From Gemmatimonadota bacterium (GTDB lineage Bacteria; Gemmatimonadota; Gemmatimonadetes; Longimicrobiales; Gaopeijiaceae), in the NCBI GenBank assembly GCA_030827315.1, contig JAURER010000015.1, positions 5,624 through 69,623 of the forward strand: 64,000 nucleotides of DNA, given 5' to 3'. The position numbers and the translations under genes are program-made. Below the pieces are notes generated by a model. That model saw nothing but the letters and a program-made list of their open reading frames with translations. It searched no databases and was not told the DNA's origin. Numbering within the stretch: position 1 is the first letter of the stretch; every line of letters begins with the position of its first letter. Of this stretch, positions 8,478 to 16,388 are shown piece after piece.

Positions 8478-9062
8478 ATGGCGACTTCGGTTTCTGCCGC
8501 GCTGCGTGGACGTGGCCTCCCCCCGTCGGACCAGACCACCGTGCTGGACGCACTCGGCTGTGCGATGGTGCCCCGGGAACGGCTGCTCGTAGACGACCAT
8601 CATCCCGCGTTTCTCCACCCGGGCCGATCGATTCTGATCATCCTCCATGACGTCCGGGATCGAACCGGCCATGCCGCGCTTGCGCTCGCGGCGCTCCACG
8701 AATCCCGAGACGATGAACTCCGGGTCGAGGCCGGGGACGCCGCGCGCGTCGTCGGGGGGACCCTGGCCGAGGCGCTGGCCGGCCTTCCCCGGCCCGGCCA
8801 AGCGGATCTCGCGGAAGAGCTCGTACTGCTGGAGCGCCCGGCGGCCCTGGCGGTCGTTGCCGAGCAGCTCGACCACCTTCGTCACCTGCACCTGCGCGAT
8901 GACCTGGCCCCGGATCGGGCCGCCGTGTGCGAGGAAGTCGCTCACGTCTGGGGGCCTTTCGCGGAGCGCGTCGATCCCCGCCTCGGGGTGCGCTTCGCGC
9001 ACTGGCTGCGCACCTTCCGGAGGAGACTGCGGACGGCCGCACGGCTCGAAGAGCCGTCCTAA
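8478..9062 (+). CDS. HD-domain protein resembling the RelA/SpoT (p)ppGpp-hydrolase fold (tentative)
   Basis: Plus frame has G-rich position 1 and GC-rich position 3. ILHDVRDRT, AVVAEQLDHLRHL and EEVAHVWGPFAERV resemble LLHDVVEDT, VKLADRLHNLR and ET..IYAPLA.RLG of SpoT-type HD domains. The competing minus ORF 7746-9002 would run antisense through the PduO gene. Confidence 0.45.
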   Translation: MATSVSAALRGRGLPPSDQTTVLDALGCAMVPRERLLVDDHHPAFLHPGRSILIILHDVRDRTGHAALALAALHESRDDELRVEAGDAARVVGGTLAEALAGLPRPGQADLAEELVLLERPAALAVVAEQLDHLRHLHLRDDLAPDRAAVCEEVAHVWGPFAERVDPRLGVRFAHWLRTFRRRLRTAARLEEPS

Positions 9063-10384
9063 TTTCCCTTGGTGTAGATCATCCAGACCCCGTTGCCCCC
9101 ACCGAGCCCGAACAGGCTACCGGCTTCCACCGGCTTGTAGATCACCATCCGGTCGATGGCAGCGGGGTCGAGCCGCAGCGCGAGATCGGCGTCGGTCGCC
9201 CGAACGTCGTTGATGTAGATCATCATCGACACGCATCCCGTCTGATTCATCTTCACCTGTCCGGTGATGTAGCCTACGCAGATCGTGCCGTTGGACTGGT
9301 GGCGAACGATGATGCCCGGCACGTGCAGGGAGCGGATCACGTCCGCCGCATCACGCGCTCGCTGCGTGACGGATTCGATCTGCTCCCGGGTAATCACGAC
9401 GCCCCCCCGCGCGCGCGCCAACTCGGCGTCGGTGGCTTCGGTCGTCACAGTGATCGGCGCGACTTCGATGGGACGGGTGTCGAGGAGCATCGCCACCGAC
9501 AGACGCCGGCCCTCGGGCACGTCGAGCGTGTCCATCTTGGTCCCGTACGCGAGATGGTCCACCATCAGCATGTATGTGCCGGGCGACACATCGTCGAACG
9601 TGAAGGTGCCGTCACTGTCCGAGAGCGTTCGACGGTCGGTGCCCCGGAGCCATGTTTCCGCGCCACGAACGGGCGCACCCGATTCCCGGTCCACCAGACG
9701 TCCCGCGACTCGACTCGACGCGTAGTCGAACAGCGGCAGCGTGGCTTCGGTGAAGCCACCCTCGTCGACGGTGATCTCGCGGCGCGCATTCGTTCGACCG
9801 TAGTAGGTCGCCGCCACCAGCACCGGCACGCCGGAGGGAACCGAGCAACTCCGGAACCATCCTCTGGAGTCGGTCCGGGCCGTCTCGTGCGTCGCTGGCC
9901 CCGGCATCTCTTTGTTCCAGGACAGTGTCACGCTGGCTCCACCGAGCCTCACGTCGGAGTCGGCGTCCAGCACGAGGCCGCCCACGGCGCCGGCTCCGGG
10001 CGGGCGATCCTCCAGGAGACATTGCGTGCGCACGAGCGTGGCTCGTGATGGAATGGCGAGTGTGATCGGGTGTCGAGCGCCCGCCCGGACCTCTACGGCC
10101 ACCGGACCGGGCGAGATCCCGAGCTCTCCGAGCGTCGTGTGGAAGAACAGGACCGAGTACCGCCCCGGGGGCACGTCCGTGATCGAGAACCGCCCTTCCG
10201 CATCCGACTCCGTCCGGAAGGGCGTATTCCACAGGAAGACAGCGGCATCGGGAAGCGGGCGCCCCTCGATCGAATCGTACACCACGCCCGTCACCGCACC
10301 CATCTGGGCGTCGGCGCCCAGGGGAGCGATCGCGAACAGCGCGACCGCGAAAGCGAGGCGGTCAGGTACCGATGCAGCGAACAT
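9059..10384 (-). CDS. carboxypeptidase-regulatory-like domain protein with C-terminal TonB-receptor plug-like domain, no beta-barrel
   Basis: Signal peptide MFAASVPDRLAFAVALFAIAPLGADAQ. Several CarboxypepD_reg-like repeats (GVVYDSIEGRPLPDAAVFL...DAEGRFSITDVPPGRYSV; GRLVDRESGAPVRGAE...DSDGTFTFDDVSPGTYML). C-terminus ITREQIE...DAADVIRSLHVPGI...IYINDV...IDRMVIYKPVEAGSLFG...GVWMIYTK matches the plug pattern. Confidence 0.75.
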   Translation of the reverse strand: MFAASVPDRLAFAVALFAIAPLGADAQMGAVTGVVYDSIEGRPLPDAAVFLWNTPFRTESDAEGRFSITDVPPGRYSVLFFHTTLGELGISPGPVAVEVRAGARHPITLAIPSRATLVRTQCLLEDRPPGAGAVGGLVLDADSDVRLGGASVTLSWNKEMPGPATHETARTDSRGWFRSCSVPSGVPVLVAATYYGRTNARREITVDEGGFTEATLPLFDYASSRVAGRLVDRESGAPVRGAETWLRGTDRRTLSDSDGTFTFDDVSPGTYMLMVDHLAYGTKMDTLDVPEGRRLSVAMLLDTRPIEVAPITVTTEATDAELARARGGVVITREQIESVTQRARDAADVIRSLHVPGIIVRHQSNGTICVGYITGQVKMNQTGCVSMMIYINDVRATDADLALRLDPAAIDRMVIYKPVEAGSLFGLGGGNGVWMIYTKGN

Positions 10385-10557
10385 GATGATCCCGCGTATC
10401 GAGCCGGCCGCGCCGAGCGGCCCCGGAGACACCATACGACACAGTCCTCGAGTTCGTACAGGCAGAGGCCGCAACTCCTTCGAAGCGCTTGACCTCGCCG
10501 GCTCGCTCGTTACAGCTTCTGGACGCCGTACAACCGATCAGGGATCAAGAGTCCGAT

Positions 10558-10791
10558 ATGACCTACATCATCACCGAGCCGTGCATCGCCACAAAGGACG
10601 CGAGTTGCGTCGAGGTGTGCCCGGTCGATTGCATCTACGAGGGTGACGATCAGTTCTACATCCACCCTGACGAGTGCATCGACTGTGGCGCCTGCGAGCC
10701 CGAGTGCCCGGTGCAGGCGATCTTCCCGGACACCGACGTTCCGGGCGAGTGGACGAGCTACGTGGCGAAGAACCGCGAGCACTTCGAGTAG
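10558..10791 (+). CDS. fdxA: 7Fe ferredoxin ([3Fe-4S][4Fe-4S])
   Basis: [14 protein letters not shown] (Cx7Cx3CP) and [12 protein letters not shown] (CxxCxxCx3CP) cluster motifs. ATG at 10558. Confidence 0.9.
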   Translation: MTYIITEPCIATKDASCVEVCPVDCIYEGDDQFYIHPDECIDCGACEPECPVQAIFPDTDVPGEWTSYVAKNREHFE

Positions 10792-10822
10792 CGCGCCCCG
10801 GTCATCGCGGCCTGGAGAGAAC

Positions 10823-10864
10823 GAGAGCGGCGCGGGCCGAGGACCCGCGCCGCTCTCTCTTTTC
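10823..10864. terminator. rho-independent terminator between convergent fdxA and a small minus-strand ORF
   Basis: Perfect 14-bp stem GAGAGCGGCGCGGG / CCCGCGCCGCTCTC with a 7-nt loop, followed by TCTTTTC on the plus strand. Confidence 0.75.
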
Positions 10865-10917
10865 ACGCTCCTCCGGCCGGCTCGCGCCGTCCGGGACCTG
10901 CTCGAACGAACGATCGC

Positions 10918-11088
10918 CTATAGGCCGAGCTCCCTCATGCGTTCAAGAGAAATGGTGGGAGCCGCTTCGCCCACCGGTACGAGGCGGACACCTCGCTCCC
11001 GCGGCTCCACTTCCTTCTGCTGGCGCACGAGGAGGACCGTCGCGGCGACGGCCACTGCGCCAAGCAGCCCGACTGCCAGCTTCTTCAC
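10918..11088 (-). CDS. hypothetical single-pass membrane microprotein (56 aa)
   Basis: GTG at 11088 preceded by a strong SD, AGGGGAGG, with a 5-nt spacer. Sequence KKLAVGLLGAVAVAATVLLV is one TM helix followed by a charged tail. Confidence 0.45.
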   Translation of the reverse strand: MKKLAVGLLGAVAVAATVLLVRQQKEVEPRERGVRLVPVGEAAPTISLERMRELGL

Positions 11089-11240
11089 GACGCCTCCCCT
11101 GGTGAACGGTGGACCGATGAACGGAGCGTCATCGGTCGGGTCTGAATACGTTGGGACCCGCACGGAGTTTCACTACGAGGCATGCCGGCACACCTTGGGC
11201 GTATTCTTTTCGACTCCGCGAACACTCCACCCCAGGGAAC

Positions 11241-12440
11241 ATGTCCGCTGAACTCGGCGTCGTGAGATCTGCGGCGCGCCGCGGCGACCCCGTCGCGCTG
11301 GCGCGTCTGCTCGTGTCCATCCCTTCGGTCAACCCGAGCCTGGCCGCGGGTGGGGTGGGTGAGGCGGCCATGGCCGAGGTCGCGGCCGAACTGCTTTCGG
11401 GTTGGGGCCTCGCCACCGAGATCCGCGAAGTCGCGCCAGGCCGTGCGAACGTGATCGCGAGGCTGGACGGTGACGGCCCCACTCTGCTCCTGAACGGGCA
11501 CCTCGACACGGTAGGGGTGGAGGGCATGACGATCGATCCGTTCGCCGCCGAGATGCGGGGCGACCGCCTTTTCGGGCGTGGGTCGTGTGACATGAAGGGC
11601 GGAGTGGCGGCGCTCCTGGCGGCGACACAAAGGCTGGCGGACTCAGCCGGTCCGCGTCCGAACGTCGTGGTGGCGCTCACGGCCGACGAGGAGCACGCGA
11701 GCATCGGAATGGCCGATCTGGTGTCGGGTTCGACCCCGGTCGCCGACCTCGCGGTCGTGTGCGAGCCCACGAGCCTTCGCGTGATGCCCGCGCACAAGGG
11801 GTTCGTGTGGATCGAGGCGGAGTTTCGAGGGCGCGCTGCACACGGCTCACGGCCGGACGTCGGCATCGACGCCATCCGGCACGCCGGTCTGTACCTCGCA
11901 GCACTCGATACCCTCGCGGCCGAGCTGACCGGCCGCGAGGCGCATCCGCTTCTGGGGCATGGTTCGTTTCACGCGGGCACCATCCGGGGCGGCACGGCCG
12001 AATCCGTCTATCCCGATCGCTGTTCGCTCCTTCTGGAGCGCAGGACGATGCCGGGAGAGCGTCCCGCCGACGTGGTGGCGGAATTCATGGCCGTGATGGA
12101 CCAGCTGCGCCGGCGTGAGCCGAATACGAGTGCGGAACTGCGCATGACGCTCGAGCGACCCGGGACCGAGGTACCGTTGGAGAGCCGCCTCGTTCAGGGA
12201 CTGCTGGCGGCGAGCGCGGATGCGGGCGTGCCCGCACGCGTCGAGGGCATGACCGCGTGGGTTGACGCGGCCTTCCTCAACGAGGCGGGCACGCCTGCCG
12301 TCTGCTACGGACCCGGGAGCATCGAACAGGCCCACACCGAAGACGAGTGGATCGACGCCGGAGAGATCGTTACCTGCGCCTCGGTGCTCGAACGTTTTGC
12401 CCGGGGACTGACCGGGGGTGCTACCTCGGCGCTAGCGTAG
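11241..12440 (+). CDS. M20 family metallopeptidase (ArgE/DapE-like deacylase)
   Basis: LLVSIPSVNPS, LLLNGHLDTVGV, GRGSCDMKGG, LTADEEH and HTEDEWI are typical M20 metal-ligand and dimerisation motifs. Confidence 0.85.
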   Translation: MSAELGVVRSAARRGDPVALARLLVSIPSVNPSLAAGGVGEAAMAEVAAELLSGWGLATEIREVAPGRANVIARLDGDGPTLLLNGHLDTVGVEGMTIDPFAAEMRGDRLFGRGSCDMKGGVAALLAATQRLADSAGPRPNVVVALTADEEHASIGMADLVSGSTPVADLAVVCEPTSLRVMPAHKGFVWIEAEFRGRAAHGSRPDVGIDAIRHAGLYLAALDTLAAELTGREAHPLLGHGSFHAGTIRGGTAESVYPDRCSLLLERRTMPGERPADVVAEFMAVMDQLRRREPNTSAELRMTLERPGTEVPLESRLVQGLLAASADAGVPARVEGMTAWVDAAFLNEAGTPAVCYGPGSIEQAHTEDEWIDAGEIVTCASVLERFARGLTGGATSALA

Positions 12441-12821
12441 CGACTGCACGAGGATGGCGCCGCCCGCGTGTCCCGTGCCAAAGCGGTTGGTCGCGTCGCT
12501 CGCGCTCATGTACTCAATCTGCTGGATTTCGCTGGCCATCAGGTTCGCGAGATCGCTGGTGTTGCCGCGTCGCGAGCCGTCGACGTAGAGGACCGGTGTG
12601 TCGATACCGGAGCGCGAGCGCAGCCAGTTGGGCCGGAGACGCTCCACCGCGCGAAGCGCGGAGAGTTGTCCGAGCGGCTCGAGCTCGGCGCGGACGATAC
12701 GGGTCGACGTCGCGCCGGCCGGCCGGCTCGTGCCTCCACCGGCTCCGGCCGCGCAGCCGGCGGTGCCGAGAGCCAGGGCCATCGCGAAAATCAGCAAGCC
12801 CTTCGACGAACGAATGCGCAC
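12432..12821 (-). CDS. small lipoprotein consisting of a TonB-receptor plug-like domain only
   Basis: GTG at 12821 with SD AAGGAG 6 nt upstream. Lipobox LALGTAGC. ALRAVERLRPNWL...VLYVDGSRRG...IQQIEYMSASDATNRFG...GGAILV follows the plug pattern. 3' end overlaps the convergent M20 gene by 9 nt. Confidence 0.6.
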   Translation of the reverse strand: MRIRSSKGLLIFAMALALGTAGCAAGAGGGTSRPAGATSTRIVRAELEPLGQLSALRAVERLRPNWLRSRSGIDTPVLYVDGSRRGNTSDLANLMASEIQQIEYMSASDATNRFGTGHAGGAILVQSLR

Positions 12822-12964
12822 GAGCAGCTCCTTGTCTGGAAGTTGTGTACGAGCGGACCTGGAAGATCGGGCTCCCGGCCCGTGTACGCCACATGAGCGG
12901 AACAAGGACGCGAGACCGAGTACATTGACTTGAGTCGTGAACTCCGACCAGGAGCATCGCCACG

Positions 12965-13672
12965 ATGGCCAAGGCCCACGGAGGTGAGGAGGAGCGAGGT
13001 TCGCTCGACCCGGGTCGACAGAATGTGATCGACGCGCTCATGGAGCACTTCGCCAACGACCGCTTCGGCGTGGAGGAATTCGAACGGCGGCTGGATCTGG
13101 CGAACGCCGCGACGTCGACGACGGAGCTGCGCGCGATTCTCAGCGATCTGCCGGGTGGCGGAACGCTCCCGGCTGCGCCGGGGCAGAACCCGGTGACGGA
13201 GCTCGCTCCCCGGCCGAGCTACTCGGCGCTTCCCGCCGGCCAGGTCCAGGACACGGAGTCCGTGGTCGCCGTGATGGGTGGCTCGAGCAGGCGAGGGCAC
13301 TGGCGGCCGGCGCGAAAGAACCACGTGGTCGCGATCATGGGCGGGATCGAGCTCGACTTTCGGGAGGCGGCCTTCGGGCCGGGAGTGACCGAGGTTCAGG
13401 TCTGGACGCTCTGGGGCGGGGTGGAGATCGTCGTCCCGCCGGGCGTCAACGTGGAGAGCCGTGGCGTCGCGTTCCTCGGGGGCTTCGACCACGCCGGGGA
13501 CGCGGCCGGAATCCCCGACCCGAGCGCTCCGACGCTTCGCATCACCGGGCTCGCGGTCATGGCGGGGGTGGATATTTCCGTGCGGCACGCCGGAGAGAGC
13601 GCGCGCGACGCGCGGCGCCGCAGGCGGCTGCGCCACCGCGACGAGCGGCTCAGGCTTCGCGACGGGGAGTAG
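12965..13672 (+). CDS. DUF1707 + LiaF-C-terminal-like (DUF2154) domain protein
   Basis: N-terminus VIDALMEHFANDRFGVEEFERRLDLANAATSTTELRAILSDLP is DUF1707-like. C-terminal VVAIMGGIELDFREA...VWTLWGGVEIVVPPGV is a LiaF/YvqF C-terminal-like beta repeat. Confidence 0.65.
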   Translation: MAKAHGGEEERGSLDPGRQNVIDALMEHFANDRFGVEEFERRLDLANAATSTTELRAILSDLPGGGTLPAAPGQNPVTELAPRPSYSALPAGQVQDTESVVAVMGGSSRRGHWRPARKNHVVAIMGGIELDFREAAFGPGVTEVQVWTLWGGVEIVVPPGVNVESRGVAFLGGFDHAGDAAGIPDPSAPTLRITGLAVMAGVDISVRHAGESARDARRRRRLRHRDERLRLRDGE

Positions 13673-13726
13673 GGGAGTGGAGCGGGGTCCCTGACCTTTG
13701 GCGTCCGCGCGCCCCGGGCCATCCTC

Positions 13727-14611
13727 CTATCGCTTCAGGGTTCGGTCGAGGTAGGCCTTGAGCCGTTCCCACGCGTCGAGGCCGGGCGCGCTGCGGGTCT
13801 CGGGATCCTGGTCGACACGCAGCCAGAAGCCGTGTCCGACGTCGTCGTAGACGTGGAGATCGTTTGCGATGCCCGCGGCGCGCAGTGCGACCTCGAACCG
13901 TTCCACCTGTTCGGGTGACGGTCCGGAATCGAGCCTCGCGAACGTGCCGTAGACCTCGTGGTCCATTCCGGAGAGGACTTCCGGGTCGTCCACGAGACGC
14001 CCGTAGAAGATCGCGGTAGCCTCATGGTTCGCTCCGTCGAGTCCGAAGGAGAGCGCGATCCCACCGCCGAAGCACCACCCCATCGCGCCGACGCGCCCCG
14101 TGACGTCGGGCCTGGCTCGCAGGAACGCGACGGCCGCATCCAGGTTCGCCACGACCGCCGTCATGTCCGCGGTCGCCTCATTCATGAGCGCGATGTTCTC
14201 CTCGGGGTTCGCGCCCGTGCGACCGGAATAGAGGTCGGCCGCGAGCGTGACGTACCCCTCCGCCGCGAAGTCGTCGGCTACCTGGCGGACGCGGTCGACA
14301 AGTCCGTTCCATTCGTGGATGATGACGAGTGCCGGGAATGGTCCGGCTCCCTCGGGCACAGCCAGATAACCGCGGGTCTCGGCATCGCCCTCCACGTAGT
14401 GGACGTCCATCCCCTCGAGTTCACCGCCAAATCCCAGAATGGCGGGGGGCATCTCGCCCGGTGCGGTGGGTGCGAGCATGATGCGCGGTTCCATCGCCGA
14501 TGCCTCGGCGGTGCCGGCTCCGGACGTGTCGTCGACGGACGGGGTGCAGGCGGCCAGGGTCGCGAGAATCACGAGAGTGGACAACGAGCGCGTGCGACGG
14601 AAGGGAATCAT
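13727..14611 (-). CDS. dienelactone hydrolase family lipoprotein
   Basis: Signal plus lipobox LVILATLAAC. PALVIIHEWNGL, GAMGWCFGG (nucleophile Cys) and VGHGF are typical DLH motifs. Confidence 0.85.
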   Translation of the reverse strand: MIPFRRTRSLSTLVILATLAACTPSVDDTSGAGTAEASAMEPRIMLAPTAPGEMPPAILGFGGELEGMDVHYVEGDAETRGYLAVPEGAGPFPALVIIHEWNGLVDRVRQVADDFAAEGYVTLAADLYSGRTGANPEENIALMNEATADMTAVVANLDAAVAFLRARPDVTGRVGAMGWCFGGGIALSFGLDGANHEATAIFYGRLVDDPEVLSGMDHEVYGTFARLDSGPSPEQVERFEVALRAAGIANDLHVYDDVGHGFWLRVDQDPETRSAPGLDAWERLKAYLDRTLKR

Positions 14612-14692
14612 GCGAGCCCCTCGGCGAGGTGGTGGAGGATCGTGACAGTGCGCGGCGCGACTCGAGACGGCCGTGCTCGGCCTTCGGGTGGA

Positions 14693-14701
14693 GTATATGA
14701 T
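14693..14701 (+). promoter_or_regulatory. AT-rich 9-mer GTATATGAT (-10-like) upstream of cysK
   Basis: Only AT-rich patch in the 193-bp DLH/cysK divergent spacer, about 105 nt upstream of the cysK ATG. The identical 9-mer occurs in the same orientation upstream of the gene at 45314. No convincing -35. Confidence 0.25.
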
Positions 14702-14804
14702 ACGTGTGGACATTCCCGGCAACCGGGCTGAGAACGGAGCCGACGGAGTCGGTATCGGCGGATGGCCCGGCGATGGCGCCGCCCACCACGGAACAGGAGG
14801 CACG

Positions 14805-15770
14805 ATGCAGACCCACGCACCCGGCCGCGGACGGATCTACGACAACTTCGCCGCCACGATCGGTGACACCCCTCTCGTGCGGATTCCGCGTCTGAAAGAG
14901 AGGTTCTCCGTGGATGCGGATATCTTGCTCAAGTGCGAGTTCTTCAACCCGCTGGCTTCCGTCAAGGACCGGATCGGCGTTTCGATGATCGAGGACCTGG
15001 AGCGGCGGGGCGTACTCAAGGCCGGGTCTACGATCGTCGAGCCGACTTCGGGCAACACGGGGATCGCGCTGGCGTTCGTCGCGGCGTCGAAGGGCTACCG
15101 GTGCGTGCTGACCATGCCGGAGACCATGTCCAGCGAACGTGTCCGCATGCTCGAGCACCTCGGTGCCGAGGTGGTCCTCACGCCGAAAGAAGAAGGCATC
15201 GGTGGAGCGTTCGCCGCCGCCGACCGGCTGACCGCCGAGATCCCGGGAGCCGTACAGGCCGGGCAGTTCGTGAACCCGGCCAATCCCGAGATCCACCGCA
15301 GGACGACCGCGGAGGAGATCTGGCGGGACACGGATGGGAAGGTGGAGGTGTTCATCGCCGGAGTGGGAACGGGTGGAACCATCACGGGCGTCTCGGAGGT
15401 GCTCAAGGAGCGGAATCCATCGCTCCACTCGATCGCGCTGGAGCCGGCGACGAGTCCTGTCATGTCGGGAGGCGAGCCGGGTCCGGGCAACATGATCCAG
15501 GGAATCGGAGCCGGTTTTATACCCGAGATCCTTCGCATGGACCTGGTCGACGAGGTCATGACCGTGGTCAACGAAGACGCCCTGGCGATGGCGCGGGAGT
15601 CCGCCCGGGTCGAGGGATTACCGTGCGGGATCAGCGCGGGAGCGGCCATCTGGGCCGCAATCCAGGTGGGAAAGCGAGAAGGAATGAGGGGCGCCACGAT
15701 CGTGGCGGTCTTGCCAAGCTTCGCTGAGCGTTACATATCCACGGACTTGTTCAAGCCGGCAACGGGGTGA
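14805..15770 (+). CDS. cysK: cysteine synthase A (O-acetylserine sulfhydrylase)
   Basis: SD AGGAGG 4 nt upstream of the ATG. IGDTPLVRIPRL, NPLASVKDRIG (PLP lysine), EPTSGNTGIALA and GVGTGGTITG motifs. Confidence 0.92.
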   Translation: MQTHAPGRGRIYDNFAATIGDTPLVRIPRLKERFSVDADILLKCEFFNPLASVKDRIGVSMIEDLERRGVLKAGSTIVEPTSGNTGIALAFVAASKGYRCVLTMPETMSSERVRMLEHLGAEVVLTPKEEGIGGAFAAADRLTAEIPGAVQAGQFVNPANPEIHRRTTAEEIWRDTDGKVEVFIAGVGTGGTITGVSEVLKERNPSLHSIALEPATSPVMSGGEPGPGNMIQGIGAGFIPEILRMDLVDEVMTVVNEDALAMARESARVEGLPCGISAGAAIWAAIQVGKREGMRGATIVAVLPSFAERYISTDLFKPATG

Positions 15771-15905
15771 TGACGCGGGTGCACCGGTGCGGCGCCCGCC
15801 GGGAACCGGCCCGTAGCAACGCACGTATCAATTCGATCGACTACGGTGTCGCACCCGGGCCAGCCAGCCGGTGGCTACCGACGACCATCAGGGAGGCAGT
15901 TCCAT

Positions 15906-16304
15906 ATGAAGCTTCGATCTGACGTTCTTTCCGCTCTCACCGTCACGCTGGGCATCGCGTTCGCGGTCCAGGCGGATCTCGGCGAAGAACCGGCCGAGCG
16001 CTCGGAAATCGGTGCTACGCACGCCGAGGTGAGCTTCGCCGGTGAGGTGCTGCCACTCCTCGAGAAGCACTGCTGGGAGTGCCACAGCGAGCAGAGCGCG
16101 GAGCTCGGCCTCAAACTCGATTCGTACGAGGGTGTCATGGCGGGTTCCGACTACGGTACCGTGGTCGAACCCGGTGATCCGGACGGCAGCCTGCTCATCG
16201 ACATGATCGAGTCGGGGGACATGCCGGAGGACGGGGATCCGGTGCCGGCTGCCGAGATCGCGGTCATCCGCAACTGGATCGCCGAAGGCGCCGCCAAAAA
16301 CTGA
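15906..16304 (+). CDS. exported c-type cytochrome domain protein (PSCyt1-like)
   Basis: Signal peptide. Single haem motif CWECH. C-terminus DGSLLIDMI..GDMPEDG...IAVIRNWIAEGA matches the planctomycete-type cytochrome c domain pattern. Confidence 0.65.
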   Translation: MKLRSDVLSALTVTLGIAFAVQADLGEEPAERSEIGATHAEVSFAGEVLPLLEKHCWECHSEQSAELGLKLDSYEGVMAGSDYGTVVEPGDPDGSLLIDMIESGDMPEDGDPVPAAEIAVIRNWIAEGAAKN

Positions 16305-16333
16305 TCGCCAGCCGATCGCTGTCCGAAGATGAA

Positions 16334-16363
16334 GGGCCGCCCCGATCGGGGCGGCCCTTTCTT
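16334..16363. terminator. bidirectional hairpin terminator between convergent genes
   Basis: GGGCCGCCCC-GATC-GGGGCGGCCC perfect palindrome, flanked by AA on the left and by TTTCTT on the right. Confidence 0.7.
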
Positions 16364-16388
16364 CGTCATGGGGCCAGGCGGTCGGTCG

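Noticed and set aside
7746-9002. 418-aa minus-strand ORF
   Set aside because: It would run antisense through the whole PduO adenosyltransferase gene. The plus frame at 8478-9062 has the better position-1 G / position-3 GC pattern and HD-like motifs.
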